DNA of 62,508 nt from Rickettsiales bacterium (GCA_040080715.1 JBEBHV010000001.1:1-62508); one strand, 5' to 3'. Shown: positions 17,894-25,225, counted from the stretch's first letter. Numbers and translations: made by a program. The notes: generated by a model not told the origin, from the letters alone.

Positions 17894-18931
17894 ATGCCCT
17901 CACAGCCAGAAAGCAAACGACCTTGGTTCAAATTCTTTCCAACGGATTGGCAAGCCGACTCGTCGCTGCGGATATGCAGCCTTGCCGCGCGCGGTCTCTG
18001 GATCGAGCTGCTGGCACTCATGCACCAGTCGGAACCCTATGGGCATTTGCTCATTCGTGGCAATCCTCCCAATGATGACCAGCTGGCACGCCTAACGGCA
18101 TCCACCCCTGCAAGCATTCGTACCTGCATGAATGAACTCGAACAGGCGGGTGTATTCAGCCGCGATCAGAACGGCGTAATTTTCTCACGGCGCATGGTGC
18201 GCGATTATCTTGTGAGCGAGGAAGGCCGCAAATTTGGCTCAATGGGCGGCAATCCTAAGCTCGGAAAAACACCGAAAGCCAAGGATAACCGTAAGGTTAA
18301 CCCACCCCATAACCCCACGGTTAAGAGGGGGGTTAACCCCCCCGTTATCCCAAAGGATACGCACGGGGTTAAGCCAGACGATAACCCGACATTACTGGGC
18401 GAGGATATCCCACCCGATAAGGGCATGGATAACCCTCACGCGCATGCGTCAGATGCCAGAGGCCAGAGTCCAGAAGCCATAATCCATATTCCAGAATCAG
18501 AAGAGGATGAAATCATCTCTCCTGAAGCTGCGCGTGCGAAACCCGTCGTGGAAGTCATTAAGCTCTTCGATGACTGCATTGCCGAAGTGTACGGCGAGAA
18601 TATGCGAAGACCGTGGCCGCATGGCGATGACTCCGACCATGCACGCGAATTCCTGAAAGCAGGAGCCGACATCGAATTGTGCCGGCAGGTGTTTCTCAAA
18701 CATCTGCATGTGTTCAAACGCAAGGACAAACACCCGATCAGCAGCCTTGCGTACTTCCGAACAGCCATCCCGGATGCTGTCAAAGATCGGGCGTACTACC
18801 ACAACCACCAAACACAGGAGATAACCCATGACCCAGCAAGTCACCACCATCCACCGCGAGAGCCAAGAACTCGAAGCGGCCATGACGCGTTTACTGAAGC
18901 ACTGGTTGAAGTCGTATCTGAACGCAAGTGA
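17894..18931 (+). CDS. DUF1376 (YdaU-like) replication-associated protein
   Basis: Start at MPSQPESKRPWFKFFPTDWQADSSLRICSLAARGLWIELL (DUF1376 signature), RBS GGAGGGA. The central Pro/Asn-rich linker is encoded by the iteron-like repeats. Confidence 0.65.
   Translation: MPSQPESKRPWFKFFPTDWQADSSLRICSLAARGLWIELLALMHQSEPYGHLLIRGNPPNDDQLARLTASTPASIRTCMNELEQAGVFSRDQNGVIFSRRMVRDYLVSEEGRKFGSMGGNPKLGKTPKAKDNRKVNPPHNPTVKRGVNPPVIPKDTHGVKPDDNPTLLGEDIPPDKGMDNPHAHASDARGQSPEAIIHIPESEEDEIISPEAARAKPVVEVIKLFDDCIAEVYGENMRRPWPHGDDSDHAREFLKAGADIELCRQVFLKHLHVFKRKDKHPISSLAYFRTAIPDAVKDRAYYHNHQTQEITHDPASHHHPPREPRTRSGHDAFTEALVEVVSERK
18284..18435. repeat. iteron-like repeats (GATAACC(C) x5-6 and GGTTAA(C/G)CC x3, including the palindrome GGGGTTAACCCC) inside the DUF1376 gene; candidate replication origin
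   Basis: Read directly: GATAACC 18284, CATAACCCC 18308, GGGGGGTTAACCCCCCC 18327-18343, GTTATCC 18344, GATAACCC 18380, GATAA 18416, GATAACCC 18428. An AT-richer stretch follows at about 18478-18520. Confidence 0.5.
18796..18806 (+). promoter_or_regulatory. CTACCACAACC leader motif, copy 3 (the only + strand copy, in front of a + strand gene)
   Basis: CTACCACAACCACCAAACACAGGAGATAACCCATG; motif start is 32 nt before the ATG at 18828. Confidence 0.7.
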
Positions 18932-19655
18932 CATCGACTGGTCATGCCGCTATCCGCTGACGGCAACGGGCGCGATTGATCGGCGCAAGGCAGAATCGCA
19001 AGGGCTGAATACCACCAGTTCCATCCGCCCGATTCCAACCATCCGCCTTGGCAGCGACGAATACCGTGTGCTGGTTAACGCAACGGAGCTGGCGCGGCGC
19101 ATGGTGGAACCTGCCTCCGATGAGCATATCGGGTTTGAGCTTAAGCGGCTTTCGGTCTGGTGTCCTATGCCGAGCCGCGACGTTCGGGATTATAAGCTCA
19201 TGCTGCATGATGCACTCACAGATCTGGCAGGATTTCCGCATGACCTGATTCAGAAGGCCTGTGCGCGCTATCGCAACGATCCTGATCCGCGCTGTGACTT
19301 CTTCCCGCGCCCTGGAAGGCTCAAAGCCTCCATCGAGGGTGAGCTGCGTGAACGCAAGCAACGGCTTTTCCGGCTGGAGCGGTTACTGGCGATTGCCAAC
19401 GAGCCTCCGAAATTACCCGCACCGATACCGCTTGCAGAGATCGAGGCTGAAGCCAAGCACCAGATCGACGTGGATAAAATGCTGGCGCAACTCACCCACA
19501 AGCCCGTGCCGGAATTCTCACCCGAAGCACTGATCATCGAGATCAAGGCGCGCACGCTTGCGAAAATCGAAGCCTATGAGCGCGACAAGCACCTCACGCC
19601 AGAAATTGCCTCATCGTACCGTCATCAGCTGGAGGCTGCGCATGGGCAAGGCTAA
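18828..19655 (+). CDS. hypothetical protein of the replication module (275 aa)
   Basis: RBS AGGAG; overlaps the end of the DUF1376 gene. No P-loop or other motif recognised. Confidence 0.55.
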   Translation: MTQQVTTIHRESQELEAAMTRLLKHWLKSYLNASDIDWSCRYPLTATGAIDRRKAESQGLNTTSSIRPIPTIRLGSDEYRVLVNATELARRMVEPASDEHIGFELKRLSVWCPMPSRDVRDYKLMLHDALTDLAGFPHDLIQKACARYRNDPDPRCDFFPRPGRLKASIEGELRERKQRLFRLERLLAIANEPPKLPAPIPLAEIEAEAKHQIDVDKMLAQLTHKPVPEFSPEALIIEIKARTLAKIEAYERDKHLTPEIASSYRHQLEAAHGQG

Positions 19656-20280
19656 ATCAAAGAAGAAGAAAATCGACTTCACCATCCGCCACAGCAAAAT
19701 CAACCGTAAGCTCAAGGGCGACGGCTTCTGCTCGGATCTGGGAACCCCTGAGCTTGAAAACCACCATGCCATGAAAATTGAGTATGTCGATGCCGAGGGC
19801 AACTATACCGATCCGCAAAAAGGCAGAAAGCGCGCACGCAATATCACCCAGACCACGCTCGATTATTGCAAAGCCTATGCACTTATTTCTGAAGAGCAGC
19901 ATGCGGCGGGTGAGCGGCTTTACTGGGATTGCTACTATGGCGGGCTGGTGCCGCGTGCGGTGGCCTTGATCCCCACAGGGATGCCCCGCAGCAAGACCAA
20001 TAAGTTCCCAGATTTTGCCGAGGGGCGCGTGGACTCCCAGCGGCGGTATGCAAGGGTGCGTGACGAACTGAACCGCAGGTATATTGATCGGCAGCTGGGC
20101 ATCACCTACTGGAAGGTTGCCTATCAGGTGTGCATAGAGGGCATCGCCGTGGACGCGCTCGAAAAATGGACGCAGTGGCCAAGGCGTTCAGGCAAGAAGC
20201 TCATCAGCCTTGTGCTGGATGAGCTCTCCAGCATTTACGAAGCCATGTACAAAGAGCAGCAGCGTCGCAAGCGGAGATAG
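19642..20280 (+). CDS. hypothetical basic protein (212 aa, MGKAKSKKKK...)
   Basis: ATG at 19642 with GGAGG at 19631-19635; overlaps the previous stop. The track ORF starts earlier (19558) without an RBS. Confidence 0.5.
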   Translation: MGKAKSKKKKIDFTIRHSKINRKLKGDGFCSDLGTPELENHHAMKIEYVDAEGNYTDPQKGRKRARNITQTTLDYCKAYALISEEQHAAGERLYWDCYYGGLVPRAVALIPTGMPRSKTNKFPDFAEGRVDSQRRYARVRDELNRRYIDRQLGITYWKVAYQVCIEGIAVDALEKWTQWPRRSGKKLISLVLDELSSIYEAMYKEQQRRKRR

Positions 20281-20288
20281 GCGCTTGC

Positions 20289-20369
20289 AAACTTGCTAAC
20301 ATATTGAATAGCAATAAAAACACTTGCATAGCGTCACGGCGTTAGCTATGATCTGAGCATAATCGGAAA
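20289..20369 (+). repeat. 81-bp direct repeat, copy B (promoter: -35 TTGCAT 20324-20329, -10 TATGAT 20347-20352)
   Basis: 76/81 identity to 9197-9277 by hand alignment. Confidence 0.85.
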
Positions 20370-20412
20370 ATTACGCACCCCACCCAGCTGGCACCCCCAC
20401 GCTGGGTTTTTT
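20358..20412 (+). ncRNA. candidate small RNA (about 55 nt) from the copy-B promoter to an intrinsic terminator
   Basis: Predicted transcript GAGCATAATCGGAAAATTACGCACCCCA CCCAGC TGGCACCCCCAC GCTGGG TTTTTT. No ORF present. Confidence 0.4.
20383..20412 (+). terminator. rho-independent terminator (6-bp stem CCCAGC/GCTGGG, T6)
   Basis: Read directly. Confidence 0.55.
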
Positions 20413-20441
20413 ATTGGCCGGTTATCCTCCCTGTGCAGCTC

Positions 20442-20479
20442 GGGCGGGAAGCGTGATTGCTTTCCGCCCACCTTTTTTT
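20442..20479 (+). terminator. strong rho-independent terminator (11-bp stem GGGCGGGAAGC/GCTTTCCGCCC, one G-U pair, T7)
   Basis: Read directly; closes the rightward replication operon. Confidence 0.75.
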
Positions 20480-20679
20480 GCCTTATTTCCGAATTTCGGT
20501 ACCTGTTGGTACATCACTGGGACGTGATTTTACCCCTAAATGACCCTGTTTTTGGTCAAAAACACCCTCATAAGTGGGATTGGTAGGGATTTTCTAATTC
20601 TGGCACAATCACAGCAAGCCATTGTAATTGCCTGCACTTGCATGATTTTATGCTGCCTCTTCGGGATAACCGAATCACT

Positions 20680-20715
20680 AAAAAAAGCCGGACAGCCTCA
20701 TTCGGCCATCCGGCT
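20680..20715 (-). terminator. rho-independent terminator of the leftward parB operon (AGCCGGA...TCCGGCT plus U7)
   Basis: Read directly, 10 nt downstream of the parB stop. Confidence 0.7.
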
Positions 20716-20725
20716 TCGGTCTCAC

Positions 20726-21748
20726 TTACGCAGCTTCCATTTCATCCGCTACCACGTCTTCGGCTTCGGCATTGCCACGCTGAACACCAAGCTCAACAAT
20801 GACGCGTTGATGCGCAGCAGGTGCACGCAGCTTCTTTTCGGCAAGCGTCAGCACGGAACCGATGACACGGATCTTCTCAGCAATCGTCAGCGCGCGGGCG
20901 GGGTCAATCTTTTTCAGGATGTCCATCTCACCGTCCTTGTTAAAGAAACGACTGACAGTGCCAGCCATGCTCTCGATATAGGTTTCGAGATTGCGCAGGG
21001 CTTTGACTTCCTCAGCTGAAAGGCGGGCTTCTGGAAACAGATCAACCTGATTGGCAGTGTCGATAAACCCTTGCGCCACGGCTGCGAGAGAATTGGTATC
21101 GACGCGGCCATCACGGATCATGCGCCAGAACGTATCCTGAAATTCAGTCGGCACTTTCGACATGTAGTAGGCCTGGGTCGGAGTCAGGAAATCATCTTCC
21201 AGCAGCACCTGATATTCTTCCTTCAGGTTCAAAAGCGTCAGGCGATCCAGAATGCGATGCGGCTGGCTGATGCCAATCCGCGCTGCAAGCTGCTCAACGC
21301 TGTAATCAAAATCCTGCATCGCCTTGCGGAAGGCTCTGGCTTCTTCGAGCGGTGTAATATCCTGCCGCTGAAGGTTTTCGATAATCATCTGGCAGGTGAG
21401 CGCCTCATCATCCATCTTTTTGATGATGACAGGCACTTCCTTCAGCTCAAGCAGTTGGCATGCGCGGAAGCGACGCTCACCTGCAACGATCATGAAACGG
21501 CCTTCACCATCGGGGCGCACAACAATCGGGTTCATCAAGCCCTGCACACGGATGGATGCGGCAAGCTCGCGCAGTTTGGATTCCTCGAAAATCTTTCTGG
21601 CTTGCTCGGCGTTTGGATAGACGCGCTCGAGTGCGATCATCTGCATGCCTTCTTCGGCAACAGGTGCTTTTGGTTTTGCAATCGGCTTGCGCTTTACAGC
21701 AACAGGTTTTTTCTTGGCTGCAACGCGTTTTTTGGTGTCTTTGGTCAT
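20726..21748 (-). CDS. parB: ParB/Spo0J/KorB-like protein with N-terminal ParB domain and HTH; no cognate ParA
   Basis: 340 aa; box II FMIVAGERRFRA, LTCQMIIENLQRQDITPLEEA and HTH SVEQLAARIGISQPHI-like segment; Lys-rich N-terminal tail. Confidence 0.85.
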   Translation of the reverse strand: MTKDTKKRVAAKKKPVAVKRKPIAKPKAPVAEEGMQMIALERVYPNAEQARKIFEESKLRELAASIRVQGLMNPIVVRPDGEGRFMIVAGERRFRACQLLELKEVPVIIKKMDDEALTCQMIIENLQRQDITPLEEARAFRKAMQDFDYSVEQLAARIGISQPHRILDRLTLLNLKEEYQVLLEDDFLTPTQAYYMSKVPTEFQDTFWRMIRDGRVDTNSLAAVAQGFIDTANQVDLFPEARLSAEEVKALRNLETYIESMAGTVSRFFNKDGEMDILKKIDPARALTIAEKIRVIGSVLTLAEKKLRAPAAHQRVIVELGVQRGNAEAEDVVADEMEAA

Positions 21749-21769
21749 AACTTTCTCCTTGTGGTTGGT

Positions 21770-21780
21770 GGTTGTGGTAG
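21770..21780 (-). promoter_or_regulatory. CTACCACAACC leader motif, copy 4 (promoter-less 36-nt intercistronic gap before parB)
   Basis: CTACCACAACCACCAACCACAAGGAGAAAGTTATG. Confidence 0.7.
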
Positions 21781-21784
21781 TGGG

Positions 21785-22045
21785 TTAATTAGTTTCTGCT
21801 GCTTGCATCGCCTGGATGTCAGACAGCGATTCTTTTGCGGCATGGAACAAAGCCGCGTCTTTTGGCAGGTCGCTGAGAGCAGAACAAATCAGTGACGTGA
21901 CTTCGTCATGTGATTCAAGCCGCTTGAGTTCGTCTTGCAAAAGCCGAATGGCAAATTCCATGTCACTCTTGAGTTGCTTGCGTGCATCTTCAACACGGCG
22001 TTCGGCTTTTCTAACTAAGAGGCGGCTGACGAGATTATCGGTCAT
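21785..22045 (-). CDS. hypothetical coiled-coil protein (86 aa)
   Basis: RBS AAGGA; first gene behind promoter cassette 1. Confidence 0.5.
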   Translation of the reverse strand: MTDNLVSRLLVRKAERRVEDARKQLKSDMEFAIRLLQDELKRLESHDEVTSLICSALSDLPKDAALFHAAKESLSDIQAMQAAETN

Positions 22046-22084
22046 GGCTGAATCCTTTTTGTGTTGTGTTTCAATTTCTTATAA

Positions 22085-22126
22085 GGAAATCCAATCACAC
22101 GGACACTTTGCCGTACACAAAAATCG
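22085..22126 (-). promoter_or_regulatory. repeated promoter cassette, copy 1
   Basis: Sense strand: CGATTTTTGTGTACGGCAAAGTGTCCGTGTGATTGGATTTCC; aligns with the copies at 24.9, 26.9 and 28.4 kb. Confidence 0.55.
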
Positions 22127-22172
22127 ACCATCACAGCGAAAATAAATCTTTATGTTTCAATGAGATAACGCT

Positions 22173-22200
22173 TTCCAGAATTCTGAATCTTGAGTATAAT
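22173..22200 (+). promoter_or_regulatory. rightward promoter candidate with consensus -10 (TTCCAG-N16-TATAAT)
   Basis: Read directly. Points into the structured element and then antisense into the DUF488 gene. Confidence 0.35.
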
Positions 22201-22202
22201 CT

Positions 22203-22270
22203 GCGGCGACCTGTAGAGGATGACGGGGCACCACCCTGTCAGCTAGGTGCAACTCCTAGTAGCCGCTCCA
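22203..22270. ncRNA. structured RNA candidate: closing stem plus two hairpins (tRNA-like three-way junction ending GCCGC-T-CCA on the + strand)
   Basis: GCGGCGA/TAGCCGC closing stem (6 of 7 pairs), hairpin TGACGGGG-CACCA-CCCTGTCA, hairpin CTAGG-TGCAACT-CCTAG. 68 nt, no D arm, no canonical anticodon loop. Confidence 0.25.
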
Positions 22271-22271
22271 A

Positions 22272-22691
22272 CTATTCATCAAAGAGCGATGCCTGAGCTG
22301 GAAGCCGCTTGCGCTTCTTTGGTATCTCAAACTTCATCTCAGGCACAACAATGCCCAGTTCGGATTCAAACCAATCCGCAACAATGCGGCGATGACACCA
22401 TTCTTCAGGATTGCACACGGGGTCTTTTTCCCAGCACAGCAACACAGGCTCATGCGGGAAAGCCAGCTCATGCAGTTTGTCATGCACTGCTTGCGGATCG
22501 AGCGGCTTCAGAATTTCTGATTCATACCGCTTACGATAGGCATCGTAACTGGAATTGTAGGGCGGTTCGTTAAACCATTTGCCCGGAGCGAGAGCACGGA
22601 AGATTCTAAAACCTCCCATGCCTCTTGGAGCAAATCGTGCGATGGAAACTCGGCCTGGGCCGGTGTAAAGAAAGAAGCTGCTGGTCTGCAT
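22272..22691 (-). CDS. DUF488 family protein
   Basis: 139 aa; PVLLCWEKDP...CHRRIVADW resembles the DUF488 LLC(F/W)E...CHR signature (from memory). Confidence 0.6.
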   Translation of the reverse strand: MQTSSFFLYTGPGRVSIARFAPRGMGGFRIFRALAPGKWFNEPPYNSSYDAYRKRYESEILKPLDPQAVHDKLHELAFPHEPVLLCWEKDPVCNPEEWCHRRIVADWFESELGIVVPEMKFEIPKKRKRLPAQASLFDE

Positions 22692-22712
22692 GTGTCCTCG
22701 GTTCGTTCGGTT

Positions 22713-22723
22713 GGTTGTGGTAG
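22713..22723 (-). promoter_or_regulatory. CTACCACAACC leader motif, copy 5
   Basis: CTACCACAACCAACCGAACGAACCGAGGACACATG. Confidence 0.7.
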
Positions 22724-22772
22724 CAGCAGCATGTTAGCAGCATTGCACAAGAAAGCACGCTTTTTCAGCACC

Positions 22773-23201
22773 TTAACCACTCTTTTTTGATAGCACCCTT
22801 GCCAACAAAACATGGTCGTCATCGTCGGAACTAATGATGCCAAAATACGGGCTGTCAGGATGTTCCTGTGCGATAATCAGCTGATCGAAAGACACATAGC
22901 GCAACTTTTCATTGCCACCTGCAACCACATTCACAATCTGGCGCGGTTCGAGATGTTCGCACAGCTCCTTGGCAAAGGCGTTCAAATCCACCTCTACCAA
23001 TTCGTCTTCTTCCTCGTCCATGATGCGCGGATAGGCGGAGGGGTATTGCTCGTACCCGCCGAAAGAAACATGCCGCTCTTCATTGCGCACGAATAGCTCG
23101 ATGTCCTGCCCGAAATGATACTGGGCAAACCATTCCTTGAATTTCTCCACGTCTTTGACCTGGAACACATTGGAGCATACCGCTCCATACATATCAGCCA
23201 T
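22773..23201 (-). CDS. small strongly acidic hypothetical protein (142 aa)
   Basis: RBS AGGAGG. Hand count gives about 28 Asp/Glu against 13 Lys/Arg, with runs MDEEEDELVEVD and SSDDDDH. Confidence 0.55.
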   Translation of the reverse strand: MADMYGAVCSNVFQVKDVEKFKEWFAQYHFGQDIELFVRNEERHVSFGGYEQYPSAYPRIMDEEEDELVEVDLNAFAKELCEHLEPRQIVNVVAGGNEKLRYVSFDQLIIAQEHPDSPYFGIISSDDDDHVLLARVLSKKSG

Positions 23202-23218
23202 GATAATCCTCCTAAATG

Positions 23219-23782
23219 TTAGCTGTGCATGTCGAGAAATACGATGTAGCGCTGCTTGCCGTCGCTCGTAGCGGTCATGTCGGTCACGCCTGTCTGGTCA
23301 AACTGCCAATCGTAAAACTCTGGCAGGTCATTACCCTTCGCTAGGGAGCGGCGTGCACCGAGCAACTCATAGAGCTGTTTGATGTTGCGGCTGGCTGCCC
23401 ATAATTCATGAAGCTCGCCGTTCTCAACGTCGAAGTGCATCAGGTGATTGGCGACCGTACTGATGCCTTCCTTGAAGTCGCAGATCGAAGCCCAAGGCTG
23501 GTATTCCAGCGTGACTGGGTCTTTCACCAGCCACTGAACATACGACACAGTACGCGCAAAATATGAGCCTTCCTTCGGGATTTCCTCCAGCTCGTCCAGA
23601 AAGGATAATCCCCAGCGGCCACCATCGTGGTTTTCTATGTCGTCCTGACCATCTTCAGAGGCAACGCCGCCGATAGAACGCCAGTTGTTTTCATTACCCC
23701 AGTTGCTAATTTCGGATTCCACTTCGTTGGCGGCATCACTGGCTGAATCGGCTTTGACGATGATAAAATGCAGATTGTGCAT
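23219..23782 (-). CDS. acidic hypothetical protein (187 aa)
   Basis: RBS GGAGGG; tightly packed (2-nt gap) with the upstream gene. Confidence 0.55.
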   Translation of the reverse strand: MHNLHFIIVKADSASDAANEVESEISNWGNENNWRSIGGVASEDGQDDIENHDGGRWGLSFLDELEEIPKEGSYFARTVSYVQWLVKDPVTLEYQPWASICDFKEGISTVANHLMHFDVENGELHELWAASRNIKQLYELLGARRSLAKGNDLPEFYDWQFDQTGVTDMTATSDGKQRYIVFLDMHS

Positions 23783-23784
23783 GA

Positions 23785-24198
23785 TTAACCCTCCACCGTT
23801 TCAGCCAGCGTGTGGCCTTGTGATTTTAGGTTGCGAAGCCATTGGCTAAGGAAGGAGGCCTGATCTGCGGCCTCGCGCTTATTGCCTTTGCCGTCTTCAT
23901 CCATCGCCTCGCGGTAGTACAACGCATTCTGGAATGACATGGGCATTGCCGCTTTGTGCTTCAGATCAACGCGGATGCGCATATCGGGGTCAGGCACTAA
24001 ATCGCCGTTCTGCTTGTAGTAATGCGCTATCGCAATATCCATGCTGTTGCCTGATCGGGTCAGCACTTCAAAGCTCAAATCCATATAGCCTTTGGCTTTG
24101 AGCTTGCGGTAGCAGCCGCCGCGCAAATTCTCTAAATCGGGAACCAGCTCGATCAGGCGTTTGTAATTATTCATGCACAGTTTAACAAAATCACTCAT
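23785..24198 (-). CDS. hypothetical protein, paralog of 24487..24873 (DUF1249/DUF6908-like pattern, from memory)
   Basis: 137 aa; LCMNNYKRLIELVPDL...DIAIAHYYKQNGDLVPDPDMRIRVDLKHKAAMP...FLSQWLRNL. Confidence 0.55.
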   Translation of the reverse strand: MSDFVKLCMNNYKRLIELVPDLENLRGGCYRKLKAKGYMDLSFEVLTRSGNSMDIAIAHYYKQNGDLVPDPDMRIRVDLKHKAAMPMSFQNALYYREAMDEDGKGNKREAADQASFLSQWLRNLKSQGHTLAETVEG

Positions 24199-24467
24199 GG
24201 GTAACTCCTTTGGGTGTTGATTATGAAGGTTGCAAACTCATCTCCGGCGAAGTGGAAGCGATTGCCGCTACGCCTTAGAATCTTTTCGTCATCGAGCCAC
24301 ACGCGGTGCGGATCATCGGGGTCACAAAACACCAGATGCACCGTGCCTTCCGCCGATTCAGCGACGTTTGCCAGTGGGCCAATGGTCTGAATCACGCCGA
24401 CATACGTGCCGTTTTCGGTGATTTCAGGGCGCGCTAATCCGCGCACCAAATGCAGGTACATCGCCAT
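24195..24467 (-). CDS. hypothetical protein (90 aa)
   Basis: 4-nt ATGA overlap with the downstream gene indicates translational coupling. Confidence 0.5.
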   Translation of the reverse strand: MAMYLHLVRGLARPEITENGTYVGVIQTIGPLANVAESAEGTVHLVFCDPDDPHRVWLDDEKILRRSGNRFHFAGDEFATFIINTQRSYP

Positions 24468-24486
24468 TGTCTTGCTCGTGTGTCGG

Positions 24487-24873
24487 TTAGTGAACGGTTG
24501 CTGCGGATGCGGAAAGCATCTCCAGCCATGCGTTCAGCCGGTTGGTCAGCACCGTCTGGATGCCCTGATCGATGCCCTTGTTCGGCACGCGGGTATGCGT
24601 CGTACCCTTGCAGCGAAACCAGATGGATTCAGGAATGGCCTTGCGGTGATACATATCCACCTTCACCAGCATTTTATGGTCAGGCGAGAGCTTGCCCTGC
24701 TGCTCGGTGTTAAAGGCAATCTCTACTCGCATGACGGATGCGCCACGATGTTTCACCGTGATGCTGCCGGGCATCGGGCTTGCTGGAATCAGGAGGCTTT
24801 CTTTGGCCTGACGTTCGGGCAGCAACGGATCGAGGTTTAATAGTTGTTCATAATGCTCTGCATGAATGCACAT
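24487..24873 (-). CDS. hypothetical protein, paralog of 23785..24198
   Basis: Start set at MCIHAEHYEQLLNLDPLLP (ATG 24871-24873) behind leader copy 6. ...RVEIAFNTEQQGKLSPDHKMLVKVDMYHRKAIP...RLNAWLEML aligns with the paralog. Confidence 0.55.
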   Translation of the reverse strand: MCIHAEHYEQLLNLDPLLPERQAKESLLIPASPMPGSITVKHRGASVMRVEIAFNTEQQGKLSPDHKMLVKVDMYHRKAIPESIWFRCKGTTHTRVPNKGIDQGIQTVLTNRLNAWLEMLSASAATVH

Positions 24874-24899
24874 AACGGTTTCTCCTTGGTGGTTTGGTT

Positions 24900-24910
24900 G
24901 GTTGTGGTAG
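24900..24910 (-). promoter_or_regulatory. CTACCACAACC leader motif, copy 6
   Basis: CTACCACAACCAACCAAACCACCAAGGAGAAACCGTTATG. Confidence 0.7.
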
Positions 24911-24912
24911 TA

Positions 24913-24954
24913 GGAAAATCCTAGCTTTTTTGACTTTACCGTCCACAAAAATCG
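24913..24954 (-). promoter_or_regulatory. repeated promoter cassette, copy 2
   Basis: Sense strand: CGATTTTTGTGGACGGTAAAGTCAAAAAAGCTAGGATTTTCC. With its leader it is about 65 bp near-identical to the 26.9-kb copy. Confidence 0.6.
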
Positions 24955-24976
24955 ACAATAAAACCAATAAAATCAG

Positions 24977-25213
24977 CTAGTTATTTGCAAGGTTGCTATC
25001 GTTCCACTGCGCGTCGCAATAGGCGTTCAGCAAATCCTTGTGCATTCCCGAAAACGACTCGACTGGAAACACATGGATGTTGGCGATTGCGTCAGGCGGT
25101 AGCTCGCTTCCTTCGATGTCTAAGTCGAGCACGGTGACTTTGAGCGCAGCAGGATCGTTGGCATAGATTTCTCGGACGACACCGCCTTCAACAACAATGG
25201 CAAGATGGTTCAT
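24977..25213 (-). CDS. hypothetical protein (78 aa)
   Basis: RBS AAAGGA; last gene of the operon that starts at 26.9 kb. Confidence 0.5.
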   Translation of the reverse strand: MNHLAIVVEGGVVREIYANDPAALKVTVLDLDIEGSELPPDAIANIHVFPVESFSGMHKDLLNAYCDAQWNDSNLANN

Positions 25214-25225
25214 GGCTTATCCTTT

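Noticed and set aside
20540-21895. Track ORFs 20540..21019 (+), 21071..21895 (+) and others antisense to parB
   Set aside because: These are shadow ORFs opposite a gene with clear ParB motifs. They have no RBS and implausible Cys/His/Arg-rich products. The same reasoning applies to long antisense ORFs opposite the portal (32740..33459), scaffold (35129..35887), tape measure, host-specificity and czcA genes.
22203-22270. A genuine tRNA or tmRNA gene at 22.2 kb
   Set aside because: It is only 68 nt including CCA. It has no D arm, the candidate anticodon loop lacks U33, and the promoter geometry would clip the acceptor stem. It is reported only as a low-confidence structured RNA candidate.
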